A stretch of DNA of 55,983 nucleotides, filler included, from Dugesia japonica (taxonomy: Eukaryota), in assembly GCA_001938525.1 (NCBI GenBank). It is 4 parts of 4 records of this genome, joined end to end, with 100 filler letters (N's around TTAATTAATTAA, not from the genome) between each part and the next. Parts side by side here need not be neighbours in the genome. Positions count along the whole stretch, not along the records: positions 37,473 to 55,983 come from MQRL01523708.1; 3 more parts are not named here. The stretch is one strand, 5' to 3'. Both the position numbers and the translations under genes were made by a program. Within the stretch, counting starts at the first letter, position 1; every line of letters starts with the position of its first letter. The notes under the pieces are model-generated. The model searched no databases and was not told the DNA's origin. It worked only from the letters and a program-made list of their open reading frames with translations. Shown one piece after another: positions 37,628 to 51,450 of this stretch.

Positions 37628-39225
37628 ATTGTATAAATTGGTTTAAAGTACAACAAAAACCATTTCGCACTAGGAGTGGATAAGCAAAATGTATTCTTTA
37701 GTGGAAATTGAAAATTGCGAATATTTTGCTATCGAAAAAATTAATTCAGCCAATAGTAAAATTTTATTATTAAGATTGTTACTAAAACTTGTTTTACATC
37801 TTTACAACATGCAAAAAATTGAAAATAAGAGTTGTGATTAGAGAAACAATGAATGCCGGGTCGGATAAAATGCGGGACACACGTGACAAAAAATCAAAAC
37901 ATAATAATAAAACAAACTTTATTGAAACAAGTGTTTTCTTTATATTGAAGATATCTAATACGAGGTACTTTTATTATGGAGCTTCGATTTTATAAGCCAC
38001 TACGAGGTAATGATTTTGGTAAATTTATTAGGTGTACAAGTATGCTCACTTATGTAGTTTAATCCCTCCTTTGTAATAGTATTAGAAAAAGTAATTAAAT
38101 ACANAAAAATGTTAAATANTTTAGATTTATACTAAAGNCAAACACAANACTTATTTATATTGAATAAACGTTCTTCACACACTCAATAAATTTAGATCGT
38201 ATTTTCATTTCCGTGCTGCATGTACATGTTCTAACACGCGGTTCGTTGAAATAGTTGTTTATAAGTCAAACTGTCATTATCCATGGATATTAAAGCCATT
38301 CATTTTGTATTAATTAATNNNNNNNNNNNNNNNNNNNNNNNNNNNNNNNNNNNNNNNNNNNNNNNNNNNNNNNNGTATTAATTAATCAATTGATTTATAT
38401 ATTTTTCTAATATTATCCATGGATATTAAAGCCATTCATTAAGTATTAATTAATCAATTGATTTATTTATTTTTCTAATATTATTATCAACTGCATAAAT
38501 ACCCAAGTATGGCTCTGCCGTTTAGTAATTATATCAAAATCATTTTTGAATAAAGAAATTTTGAAAGTTGTGTTAGAAGAACAACTGTTAGAATTGAAAG
38601 CAAACGAAGAAATAAAAATCAAATTCAAGAATAGCTAACAAGAAGTTTCGCTGCTAAAAGCAATCCCTCAATGGCACCCTGGATTATGTTCGATTGCTCT
38701 GTGGATGAAATAAATTGGAGAATAATTTTTTTTTAAAGGTTTTTCGCTTAAAGATAAAGTTTTCTCGGAACGTATTAATCTTTTATTGGTTTTTGAAATT
38801 TTATTTCAAAATGGCCAAAAAAATTTTCGATTGGTCTTGTTGAGAAACAAAGTTACACTCATCCCCTCAGACAAAAAAGCATTTTTTTGACGTTTTCTCA
38901 GAACGTATCTTAGTTTTTGAATTTTTTTCTTTTTTTAAAATTTTTTTCAAAATGACCGAAAGATTTTTCGATTTGTCTTATTTAAATACAAGTTAAAAAA
39001 TTTTGGAGGGGAGGAGTTTAAGAAAATTTAAGAATCCGAAAGAGGGCGGCGGATGAAATAAGTTTTAACGGCTTTTCGATTTCCCCGGAACGTGTCTAGG
39101 TCGTGAAGCGAGACATGAGTGTATATAATTTATTATCAATATTTAAAATGGATTTGAAAATAAATTAAAGTTAAAATATGAATTAATAATAAAATAAAAA
39201 TTTTCTGAAAGAAAAGTAGACTCAC

Positions 39226-39279
39226 AGATGCATCCTTTTGTTTCAATGAAGATCTGCGNGGCCTTGTCGACATTGCAGG
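39226..39279 (-). CDS. Candidate 54-nt exon (PAMSTRPRRSSLKQKDAS)
   Basis: ttttccag| acceptor and |gtgagt donor, open in phase 0, GC-richer than its flanks. Confidence 0.5.
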
Positions 39280-39388
39280 CTGGAAAATCTTAACAAAAAA
39301 AAATTTCCCCGCATAAAAAACTCATAAAATAAATTGTAATTAGTAAAATACAGTTTTTATGTTTACAAAATGAATTTATCACATATAA

Positions 39389-40810
39389 TTAGTCATTCAA
39401 CATTTCATTATAAGTAACTCCATATTGTATCGGAACAGTTGCGTCTTTAACTTTCCAACACGGTGAATTTTGCGTTTGNACAATTTTAATATAAGGTAAA
39501 CCACTAATCGTGTGTCTATCCAAAGGTTCTTCACTGTCGACATCTGGAAATGGTAATTTTTCTTGGGGTAAATTAGTTGCAATTGGTGGTAAATCAGGAA
39601 AGGGTGGCGCAAGATAAACAGGTGTTTTCTTTGGCATAGGACCCAAACCTTGAATTACACGACAGCCTAACGAACTGGTTAATAATGGATTATACTTTTC
39701 AATAATTCTTCTCCGCTTCTCCTTTTCCATTTCCAATAATGCAGTATCACCGTGAAATGTCGGTATTTCTAATTTGGGATAAATAGATAACAGTTTAGAG
39801 AAAAGTTGACTAAAGTTTTTCCTTAATAATAAAGCCGTATGCGATCCAGGAACAGCATAATTTCTCTTGGGAGACGTTAAATTGTTAAGAATCGGATCAC
39901 AAAATCTAATAGTTCTATCTTCAACGTATTCAGTGAAAAATGCAGTCACATCATTCGAAAGTCGTCGTTTTTTCCCGATTATCAATGTGTAAATTCCCAA
40001 GAAAATAAAAACAACCAGAATAAAGGCTAAACAAATAGAGAGTGCAGAATAATTGATAATTGTGATAAATTTATATCCATGGTTAACGTAAAGCGCAACC
40101 GGTTCAGTAATAAAAATATCGCTAAATTTGCATGTTATATTCAACTGATAAACCTGAGGATTTATTTTACCAACAATTTCCAATACATAACTATCATATA
40201 AATATCTCTCCGATAGAATTGTCAAATTAGAGCTAGACGGCAATATTCTCAAATAATCATCGAATAAATATTTCCAGGGAGTTATTAAAGAACATCGAAT
40301 CTTTATTTCATCAAAGGTTTTGTAAAATAATTTATCGAAATTAAGTTCAAGATCACCAAATTGAAAATTAATACCATACGACTGTTCGATTATTTGTTTA
40401 TAATTCTTTTCATAAATCACCATTAAAGGATACCCATGAAGATTAAATGAAACTTTTAGATAATTTACAATAATACATTTTGTTTTAACAATTGTTTGAT
40501 CGTAAACTATATAAATAGACGCAGGAAAATCTTTATGGGCAGATATTATAAGCCTTTCACTTTCTTGCCAATAATGATATTCTGTACAATTGTAAAATCT
40601 TATTGTTATTTTATGAATTGAATATCGAGTATCCAATTGAATTTCAACAGGTCTTAACTCGAATTTTCTTCGATATAATCTAGGAAACTTCGGTTCAAGA
40701 GAACTTACAAACGGAATTTTTATATCTAACTCATCCCCAAGATTAAATGATGATATTACCAATAAATTCCACTTTATGATAAAATAAAAGCCAACAATAT
40801 TTATAAACAT
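39389..40810 (-). CDS. Type I membrane protein (473 aa), possible Ig-like domain, long Pro/Tyr-containing cytoplasmic tail
   Basis: Signal-like N-terminus; IRCSLITPW...VLEIVG...LNITCKF Cys pair; TM SALSICLAFILVVFIFLGIYTLIIG followed by KKRR; tail PVYLAPPFPDLPP. Confidence 0.88.
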   Translation of the reverse strand: MFINIVGFYFIIKWNLLVISSFNLGDELDIKIPFVSSLEPKFPRLYRRKFELRPVEIQLDTRYSIHKITIRFYNCTEYHYWQESERLIISAHKDFPASIYIVYDQTIVKTKCIIVNYLKVSFNLHGYPLMVIYEKNYKQIIEQSYGINFQFGDLELNFDKLFYKTFDEIKIRCSLITPWKYLFDDYLRILPSSSNLTILSERYLYDSYVLEIVGKINPQVYQLNITCKFSDIFITEPVALYVNHGYKFITIINYSALSICLAFILVVFIFLGIYTLIIGKKRRLSNDVTAFFTEYVEDRTIRFCDPILNNLTSPKRNYAVPGSHTALLLRKNFSQLFSKLLSIYPKLEIPTFHGDTALLEMEKEKRRRIIEKYNPLLTSSLGCRVIQGLGPMPKKTPVYLAPPFPDLPPIATNLPQEKLPFPDVDSEEPLDRHTISGLPYIKIXQTQNSPCWKVKDATVPIQYGVTYNEMLND

Positions 40811-41989
40811 TCCATTGAAATATTATTGAATTAATAATTAACATTAATTGATAAATTATGGATTAGTTTTAATAAACTAACATTATAATATTATATTATC
40901 TAATTAAATACTAAGAATGATTAAATTAACAGACTTCATAAAAAACCAATAAACATGAAAACTAAGCTTTAATAAGTTTTATTTAATAATCGAGTGTTTT
41001 ATAGTAAATATTAGCAGCATTTTTAAATATTACTACAGGCCATGAAATTTGTTATGCTAATATTTTTTTCAATTAAAATGTTTTATCATTTTCATATTAA
41101 AACATAAAACTTTCATATTTTTAATAATCAATAAACTTAATAGTAAAATAAAGCTTAATTACTAAACTAATGATAAAAGAATTTTATCGTTAAAACACAA
41201 TTAGACATTTTGATAATTTTAGCAGATAATTTAATTTAATGGAAATCATATATTGATGTTTATAATTCAAAATGATAAAACTTACAAATATTGGTAATTC
41301 TAATTCAAAATTACAACGTTTTACAAAATTTAAAATAGAAAATAAAATATGATTTTATTATTGTACTTAAACAAATGAAAAGTTTTATTTGAATTTTTTG
41401 TGGACAAATTGAATTTTTTTACAATTATATAATAAGTTAACTTTTAAAGTATATAATCATAAACGAATTATATAAAAAATTTTATTGTTCATAGTTTATT
41501 TATAAATAAAATATTGAATAAGACAATATTACATGATTTTCAAAGCACCTGCGTAAAACTATGTTTATTCAAACTCCAAATTCAAAATTCTACTCCCAAA
41601 ATACTTCAAATAAACAAGATTGTTAATTATTCTAAAATCAATTAAATTAAAAAATTTAACTTCGATAGTCTTCTCTCACAATAATGAAATGTTTCTTTAA
41701 TTTTTAATAAGATAACTTTCAAAAATTTGAATTAAAAACAAAAAGAAACAATAAAACATTTAAAGTTTTGCAATATACTTATACACACTCAATAAGTATT
41801 GCATTTGATATCTTTTCACAGTTTTAATCTTTCTGTTCCGGAGTGGGGTACATTGAGACCGGAATAATCTTGTTATTTTTAACCAGTTGCCCAATAATCT
41901 AATAAATGGATGATTCAGGAATGATATAATGGGATTTAAAAATTATAGAACATTGTCAAAGTTAATTTTAGTTCATTAAATAGGAAAAT

Positions 41990-42780
41990 TTCATTAGGGT
42001 TTTTTTGTATACCACTTAGGTCCTCAAACCTAATTTTGATGTTTAGGTACTCGAAGGTTAATCAATAATTAGTATTAACAAAATATTAATCAATGATTAT
42101 ATTTCTTATAATTCGTATGATTTTTATCTTTAAAAATTCACTTCAAACGCTGAAGAGCTGTTGATCTAAAATTTTATTAGTATCTCCGACATATTCCAAA
42201 TATATCGTTGCTACTCCTGCATACCAGACACACATTTTGTAACCTTATCAATGATTTCCTGAAGCGTTCTTTATGCCTCGGCTATTCCAAACTCTATCCT
42301 CTTGAAATAGTATTGCTATCGCTTTAAAGAAAGTTTTTCTGACCACTTTTTATTTAACTTCACTTGATAATTTGCGTTTTCTAAAATCAATAGAGCTGAA
42401 ATATGCTGTTCTACTCAAAATATACAATATTTCCTCAATATTTTGTAATGGGACGCCTATTTTTCTGTAAAAGCAATAAGCCTTCGAAAATCAAGATACA
42501 AACCAATTTTCTTCTTTTCTTTTTTTTTACTCAAATGACCTCTAAAATTAAATCTTAAATCTTTCTCTTTTATCACTTTCATATCTTCCTAACTTTCCAA
42601 AACCTGAGAATATTCTCTCAAATTTCCTTTCAATATATGGTTCCGACCAGCTCCTTTTCTGTTGAACGCCTTTCGGTAACCAAAGTTCTTTGCCACTTTT
42701 CTGCAACCTTTCATTTTTCCAAACTACTTTTCATATCATTTCATTTAACTGCCTATATCTGCTATCTTGTCATTCTTTAT
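41990..42780 (-). mobile_element. Ty3/gypsy pol (reverse transcriptase) remnant
   Basis: PLQNIEEILYILSRTAYFSSIDFR...YYFKRIEFGIAEA..TLQEIIDKV corresponds to gypsy PLPRIDDL...YFSKIDL...YEF..MPFGL.NA..TFQ. Confidence 0.75.
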
Positions 42781-43472
42781 TAAAGGTTTCATCATATCTC
42801 TACTTGTTTTCTCCTATATCGCATTTCCAAAGATCTTTTATATCTACCCTATATCATTCACTTTTCTTATTGTTTTGATCTCATACAATTTATTAGAAAA
42901 CAAAATATGGTTTATGATATATTTTTCTATTTTATTTATTACAGTGATTTTGTTATGTTGGACATACTCAGTTATAAATACATTAATGTAATAAACATTA
43001 AATTTCAAAACAGGAATATTCAAACCCATGCTAAATACACTGCCTGGGATTTTTATCTTTGATTTTTTTCCAAGATGATTATTAACCATTATTTTCACGT
43101 AAAATCCATTTATTGATATTATGTATTAAACAGAGAAAGTTTAATTTTAATTAATTTATTGTCGTACTGCGTATTAAAAAAATTGAAATACTCAATCAAT
43201 AACGCCTATGTAATAATTCATTAATAATTGGATACAACTTGTTAGCCGTTGCTATACTTTCTGCAGTTTCCATATATAAATAATTATTAATAATTTACAA
43301 GTAAGTCTAGTGAAAAATTTATTTTAATAAAACAGCAATATTAAAACAAATAATTGTTTTAATTATATTCTTTTTTTTATTTGCAATTTCTTTAATTATT
43401 ATTAAAAAATTTTTATGAAACGTTTCATAAAATTTTTATGTATAATATTAAAACATCTTAACATCCCCTACC

Positions 43473-43506
<34 letters not shown>

Positions 43507-43566
43507 NNNNNNNNNNNNNNNNNNNNNNNNNNNNNNNNNNNNNNNNNNNNNNNNNNNNNNNNNNNN

Positions 43567-43625
<59 letters not shown>
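43473..43625. repeat. (TTA)n microsatellite spanning a gap
   Basis: Direct observation. Confidence 0.97.
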
Positions 43626-43628
<3 letters not shown>

Positions 43629-44639
43629 TTTATTATTCAAATAAATATAAATATATGTTAATTCGTACAAACAATCAAGTTTAAACAAAACATATATTGT
43701 TTCATTTAAATTAAAATAGAAAGTTATTTAGTTAAAATTAATTAATTAGAAAAAAATATAAATCAAGTTTTTGTATGACTTTAACCATTCTACCTATTCT
43801 TCTCTAATTTGCCCCCCCCAATTTTATTCTTTATTTTACTCTTATTTTAACCCTATTTACACATACGTGACCCCTATTTAATTCTTATTTACACCCTATT
43901 TTGTCTTGTTTTGTCTTATTTTGTCCTGTCTTTTCTATTAACCATACTTTTACCGATTTTGCCCAGTTTTCCCATTGTCTGCTCTATTTCCCCATATTTT
44001 CTAGGATTTTTCTATATTTTCTTTATATTTATTTATTAAGTTTCAAATAATAGAAATAACTCATCGTTTATTTTATTGGATTAAANATTAAGTCCATTAC
44101 AATTTGAGCTCAATATAGGTTCCAACATGAAAATTATAGGTCTGTCTTGTGAAATATTGGTATTCCAATCAATAAAATTCTCCACTATTTGCTTACTTCT
44201 CATCTGAGCCCTGCTTGCACATTGGTTTGTTTGCTTGCTCTTTGGTTTTTATGGGTTTCATTTTCTTTTAAATACCTAAATATCAGTGACATTTTTAGTT
44301 AAATCAAACTTTAGCTTTTAATGTAAACATTATTATATGGTTTCCATATGGAAAATATGAGTTTCATCATAGACAAATTATGGACTTATCATAGAGAATT
44401 TAATTTTACCATTAGAAAATATGAGTTTGGACATAGAATATATTTAATAGAGTAAATCTAGTTACTACTTATACTACATTTATTCTATACATAGTCATTT
44501 ATTATGCTTAATTTGTCTACTTTTTATCATTTTTGACTTATTTTCCTACCATTTACCATACTTTAGTCATTTACCCTATATTTTCCGTATTGGTTTTTAT
44601 GTATATATCCATAGATCTCACTTCAATAATCTTTAAATA

Positions 44640-45820
44640 GTGGCATATATTAATAAAAGAATACAATAAGACTGAGTGATAGCGAGTAAGAGTTGATATG
44701 TTATGCTTTTTATTTAAAATAATATATTTCAGTATATTTTAATGATCTCGTAATCTTTCTCCTTTTTTGTTTGCTATTTGGTTTCCTGCGTGCACTTTGG
44801 TTTTCATTAGTTTATTTTTATTTAAATACCTTATTATCAGTAAAGTTGTTAAAAAATATGAGTTTAACTTAGAAAATACTGATCTTATCATTAGAAATAT
44901 TGATCTCATCATTGAAAATATTAGTTTCAATAGATAAAGTTATAGTTTCATCATTAAAAGCATCGGGTTTATCGGGAAAATACTCGTTTTTTCATAAAAA
45001 TGTGAGTTTTATAATGGAAACTTTGGTTTTATCACGGAAATATTGGTTTTATCATTGTATATAAGACTCTTGAACTAGATATTTTTAATACTTTAAATTA
45101 AGAAATATTGATATTTTCATCACTTAGACAAACACAGGGACAAACAAGTAATAATTATTCAATTATTTCTTATTCAAACTATGTTTCGTTTCATTCTGAA
45201 TAAGTTTCCTTGAGTTAAGTTAGAAAAATGATCAGTAAAGATAAGAGTGAGAAAGATCAAATTTTTTGAATCTCGTGAGATTTAATCTGAAATTTTATAG
45301 TAGTCAATAAACATTATTTGAAATTTCNTAGTANTCGATANAAATTATCTGAAATTTCAAAGTATTCAATAAATATTATATGAAATTGCACAGTAGTCGA
45401 TAAATATTTCAAAATCATATGTATAAGAGCGAGTAAATAATTTAATTATTGCATAAAAGTATCCAAATATTATATGAAATTGCACAGCAGGCACAAATTA
45501 TTTTATAAAATTGCACATTAGTCGATAAAAAGTTTATGAAATTGCGCAGTAGTCGATAAATATTTTCTTAATTGCACAGTAGTCGATAAATATTTTGTGA
45601 AATTGCACAGTAGTGGTAAATTATTTTATGAAATTGTATAGAAATATTAAAACATTCTATGAAATTTACATGAAATATGCAAGATGAATGATAAATATGT
45701 TGCATTACATACAGACTATGTGTCCAGTACAAGTGTGAGAATAGTGCAATATGAATGCTAATCACTCAACATTCTCATATTACTCAAGGAAATGAATAAA
45801 TGAAAATTATTGATTCTAAT
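44640..45820 (-). repeat. Inverted homolog of 10360-11420 with an internal 30-bp minisatellite
   Basis: gaaattgcacagtagtcgataaat units at ~45290-45640; shared flanking blocks. Confidence 0.8.
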
Positions 45821-45909
45821 ACTGACAAGTTTCATGACCCAATAATTTTTTCATATAACTGCTTGGTAAAAATTGGTTTCAATTGTTAAAATTATAGATG
45901 AGAATATCT

Positions 45910-46125
45910 TAACATACACAATACTCGCTACCAACAGCTATATCAACACAATACTCGCTATCACCAATTCTTAATACATAATGCTCACTGTCATTAAGTA
46001 TTATCATATACAATACTCACTACCATTAAGTCTTAACATAAAAAATACTCACTAATAACAGCTATTAATATATACATTTCTTGTTATAATCACGCATTAT
46101 CATACACAATACTCGTTATAATCAT
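45910..46125. repeat. ~31-bp minisatellite (caatactc(g/a)cta...)
   Basis: About 7 degenerate units. Confidence 0.8.
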
Positions 46126-47259
46126 TTAGCTATTGATTATTCATTTAATGGCTTAATCTATTCATCACTTATTCTTATAGTTATGTCTATAATTCACACT
46201 GAATATATACCTTACAGAACACGTTTTATTTCATAATTTTAAAGTTCAGATAAACAATAAGTGATTTCTTTAATTTTTCAATAGATTTTTAATTTAAAAG
46301 TTTAGAAAAATATTATGACCAAATATTATGATGAAGATTGAAAATAATTGAATTATAAAAATTAAATCCGGTTAGTTTTGATAAATTAAAAAAAATTTAA
46401 TTGATTTTGGTATTGTGTTACTTATGATTTTAATTTGAATTAATGGTAAAAAANNNNNNNNNNNNNNNNNNNNNNNNNNNNNNNNNNNNNNNNNNNNNNN
46501 NNNNNNNNNNNNNNNNNNNNNNNNNNNNNNNNNNNNNNNNNNNNNNNNNNNNNNNNNNNNNNNNNNNNNNNNNNNNNNNNNNNNNNNNNNNNNNNNNNNN
46601 NNNNNNNNNNNNNNNNNNNAAAATAAAGACTAAGTTTTAAAATATGCGTAAATCTTTTTTAAGTTACTTAGAATTTTAATAAATTTATAAAAAAGTTGAA
46701 TAACTATACTGTTTCATAACTTTTCTTGTATTATTAAAATTTCACCAACTATTCAACTTGATCATTAAAAAACAAGAATTATGCTCCCGATTTTAAGAAT
46801 TANATGAAAAATGTAATGAAATCAGGTGGGATTTNNTAATTTTATTAAATGTTCACCGTTTATTTTAATTATTAATAAAAATGTATAATTTACACATAAT
46901 TTAACTTGTGAAATTTGAATTTATATGACTTTAATTATGATTTTATTGTTTCCTTTACAATTATTTTGATGACTATTAATTAATGATGAATTAAAATTTT
47001 GATGATTAGTTTAATAAATACAATTAATTTATTACAAATTTAATGTTATCAAATTAAATTTCNNNNNNNNAAATTTTCTCAGTGATCAACTAAAGTACTT
47101 ACTTATTCAATTTATTTAACGAAGAATAAAGATTGATAATTTTGAACTATGTTTTACTTACTCAACATAAAATTCCCTATCTAATAGATACAAAATTGAT
47201 GTACAAAATTGAGTTACCTTTTAGTTTCAAAATTCTATGATCAAATAATATGATTACAA

Positions 47260-50200
47260 TAATATGAGATTACAATTATCCATGATAACAACCCATGTTG
47301 GCATGGAGATCCCTTTTGGTGACATTTTAGATTGTGCCAGTGATCTTGTTCCTGGCATTGACTGTCTTATTGGGAATCCTCAGTTGTCTAAAGCCTGCAT
47401 TCAACAAGATAATGACTACATCTCTGAAACTGTCTGCTTTAAGACTTTTAAAGCTGTTAAAATGATCTTTTGTAACTTCCTTGTCTCGGATGCGAGGTGA
47501 GCCTTGTTTGCTTTTTGTGTGGACTAACGTATTTCGTACTTGTATGACCCGAAAGCAAACCATGGTGGTGCCATAGAAGAGTAATTTCTTTTGAGACTAC
47601 ATGCATGTATTTCTGAGTTCTGTAGAATAAATGACATCACTCTTATCAAACCTCCTTTCACTGTGACAGTTTTTCAAAGGAATGATCAAAAGAGAAGTTT
47701 AATTGTCTGTGGGTTTATGAGCTCAATCTCAAAATTCAATAAATTGAGTAGAGTTAAATCAAATCAATTAAATTAAAATATTTAAACTTTAATAAAATGA
47801 ATAAAAATTTAAATCATAACAAAAGGAGTGACAAAAATCAAATAGTTAATAAAATTGTTTAAAATACAAATAAAATTAACGAATTGCTGAAAACTATCGA
47901 CAGAAGTGATGTAAACTTAGCTGTAGACTCTTTCTACAGCTATATCTACTATGTTCGATGCGTCAAACCGAAATCCTTAAATTTTAAAATTTGTGACGGT
48001 AAAACTTACAAGCGTGCAGAAAAATGGAATTAAACTTGAAAGATCAATTTTATCACTCTCAAAAAGCGGTTTTTGAGTTGATTACCAATGAGATATCGAC
48101 TGACTCCTTTCCTTTTCAAGTTGACCTCGAAGCATTTTTCCTGTCTAAAGCTGAAGTTNCTCCTAATACTAACTGGGACCTATGCCCCTCTTTAAAATCT
48201 GGGGAAGATAATTTTGAATTTTCTTGTCCGGAACCTTGACGAACAAAATCGATATGCCAAGTTCAACTTGCATATCGCATTCTTAGACATAGCTGATGCC
48301 TTTAGTAGTTTACCAATTGAGCATATTCTTGGTCTTCTTTCGATAATAGAGGTTACCAAAACGGCTACTAGATTAATCAGACCTCTTTATTCTGACTGCT
48401 CCAGCTATTACATCTGCAATAAGGTTTCTACTAACCATATTGCTAACAAAAGAGGGGCTAGACAAGGCTGTCCTCTTTCAATGTTTTTGTTTAACATCGG
48501 CATCAACCATAATCTTAATGAGATTTCGAAAACTGAAGGTGTCAGTATTAAATGTGTTTGACATCCCATATCTTGTTTGGTATAGGCAGATGATCTAGCA
48601 CTTGTAGCCTCTTCCAAGGCTAGCCTTCAGGATATGGTTGATGTCGCTGTCAAATTTGCCGATTAATCACATCTTGATTTTCGGCTGAACAAGTGCGCTT
48701 ATTTGCCTTATCCAATAAATGGCGAACTTGCTCAAATTGTCGTTAAGAATGAAGCTATCCCAAAACTGTTGAACAATGACTCTTATCGGTATGTTGGGGT
48801 TGCTTTAATCGAAAACACTTTCAAACACCAACAGAAAAGCTTGCTAAAGATGCTAGGGATCTGGGGAAAATTTCTAACTCACGTACTGTTTCCTTGGCAA
48901 AAAATCCACGCTTATAGAACTTTTATTCATTCCAGGTTCAGGAATGCGTTCAAGAACTTTAACATTCCATTGGGAAAGTTTGATTGCAGTGAATATCTTG
49001 AAAATGGTATTCTTCTACGACCACGAGGTATCGATAAGAGCATTTGCTCTAGCATTTGTCTGTCCCAAACACTGCTACATGTGACTATTTATAAAGTTCT
49101 CATAAACTTGGAGGGGTTGGATTAACTTCTGCGAGAGATGAATATTCCGTACAATCTTTGGTTCAAGCTTTTAAAATGCTAACTTGTTTTGAGAAGACTG
49201 TACGGGATGTTGCCAGCAATGATCTTGTTCATGCTACGNNNNNNNNNNNNNNNNNNNNNNNNNNNNNNNNNNNNNNNNAATCTCTTGATTAGCTCTTCAT
49301 AGATACCACCAATTTGAATTTGATATGTTGGTGGTCTAAGGTCCATGACGCAATTGCTTATCTGTATAGAATGTACTACATTCAAATTAAGTTTAAACGG
49401 AACGAACATAATATTTGTATGCAGATAATCTATTGTTTCGCAGAAGGAAATTATTTTATTTCTTTCAAGGACCGGAGAAGTCTGACTAAATTGCTTCACA
49501 ACCTTTTAAGTTTAGCTCACACGAGGAAATGGAACAGTCAGTTGAAAGCAGGAAGACTGTCAACTTCAATCAGCGCCTCTCTTCTCTCAACAAAGCCCCT
49601 TTTTGATGGAGTTTCATTCATAAGGCAAGAAAAAGCACCCTTCCTGTAGGAAGCAATCATGGTATGCCTATTAAATCCTACAGGAAATGTTCTTTTTATC
49701 TTGAAACTGAAGAATATATTCTTTGTCATTGTGGTCCTTCTTCTTCATTTCGAATTTAATTCATTCCGACTTAATGAAGTGCTTGAGTTGCTATCCAGCT
49801 TTGTCAGATCAAAGACAAGCTATACAGTCGTTGCAGATCAGACTTGTGAATTTGTCAAGAGAACTGATCGTGTTGACCTTCAGCTGATAAACAAGCGTAC
49901 TTTCCTATTGGATGTGAAAATTCTATATGACACATAAGATAACATCAAACTAGCCAAAGATAATAATATCGTTAAATACACACCACTCAAGGAAGACATC
50001 ATGAAAAACTTGAATGGGTGGAAAGTCTCCCTTGAGACAATCTCAGTAGAATGCCTGAGATCTTGGTGTGTAGAAAACGAACTTGTTTTGAAACAAGTAG
50101 GTTTAAAAGCTAGAGTAATTAGAAAATTTGCGTTCATTTCAATTCAGAAATGCATTGCATGGTCAAGCAAAAATTGGTGCTTCCATAGCGGACAAGCTGG

Positions 50201-50455
50201 TGCATTAGACAATTCTGATGAACAATGCAGGATTGTTTATGACAGAGAGTCTGATGTTGTTTTAATCTTTCATTAATTCTGAATATATCTTTCTGTCTAG
50301 GAGATGATAACTGGCAACCACAGAAATTTGTTACTCTCTCCGGTAACACGATCCATCTTTTCCCAGATTCAGCGGGACTATGCTGTATCCCGTCTTGAGT
50401 ATTTAATTTCTGCTTGATTCGGCTCTTAAATTATCGATAGTATCAGTTGTTTTAA
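47260..50455 (+). mobile_element. Non-LTR retrotransposon with restriction-like endonuclease (NeSL/Utopia-like), decayed
   Basis: RT motifs IAFLDIADAFSSL, RGARQGCPLSMFLFN, *ADDLAL, LDFRLNKC; LFPWQKIHAYRTFIHSRF; RLE region RTD...FLLDVKILYD...KY; C-terminal SW...N..VLK..G...CIAWS..W; N-terminal Ulp1-like traces. Confidence 0.88.
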
Positions 50456-50521
50456 TTAATAATTACACTTTTCAAAGATAACAACTTTTAAAGAAAATAT
50501 GTTATTTACATACACAACCAT

Positions 50522-51450
50522 TCATTCGTCTAGGCTGATAATCTCGGCTTCTTTATCAATTTTCTTGGATGGCGTTGACACTTGAGTAAGAGTGCAAACT
50601 GTTGTGATTAATACTCCTTCCCGATCGGCATATGCTTTTATGATATCCGCCATTGCTCGGCATGACTGTGATAGTGTCAGATCTCTCTCCTTTAATCTAC
50701 TCACNTTGCTTCTGAGCTGAGTATTCTTTTGTTATAACTCTATAATCTCGGATTTCCATTTCTTCTGTATTGCACACCATTTCATTTGAATAACTGCGGT
50801 CGATGAATTGGTTATCTTTTTCACTTCGAACACTGGAAATAACGGAATATTTTAAAACTTTCATCTATTTCATAAAAGTATTATATCAATTGAAAATTAT
50901 TTTAGTTATCCAAAATAATCAGAAATCGAAATATAGTTTCAAAGTTAAGTTATTTTTAACTATTTTATTTATTTCATTAGTGTTCAATCATATCATGACA
51001 AGATAGTAACATATAAAACTATATTGCCGCTATAACATACACTACGGATTTACACTACAGTTTCAGAGATATATACAGTTTCATCCAAAGGTGCCAGAAT
51101 TTGATGCAGTGCAGTTTCTACTTTTTCCGATAATCTCGCTAACATCTTCGCATATTCTTCCATTTCCAACTGAATATCGCGTGACTTCTGAATCATACAA
51201 TCATACAAGCATACAATCATACAATCCAATGTTTTGCAGTTTTTTGTTAATCTATTCATTAATACTTTAAATCCCGGAGTTAACACTGGTGCTAAACTAC
51301 TCGTTTCATATTTTCTGATATCCTCTTCACTTTTTGATATGATACTAAAATTCGTTGATCTCAGTTGTTTCGTTCGTATGAGTGACTATTTTTTCACTTT
51401 GTTTTTTCTTTACACCTTTTTATCTACAAGGTTTGACGAATTGTAACCAT
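50522..51450 (-). pseudogene. Decayed unknown coding fragments near a Polinton-like terminus
   Basis: Coding-like helical peptides (IQLEMEEYAKMLARLSEKVETAL; SRLKERDLTLSQSCRAMADIIKAY) with stops, frameshifts and an atttccag acceptor near 50835. Confidence 0.35.

Noticed and set aside
38640-38675. Additional hammerhead-like motif (also ~26195-26232)
   Set aside because: Core and stems too degenerate to support
38750-39125. Helitron-like end after a local duplication
   Set aside because: No convincing hairpin plus CTRR geometry
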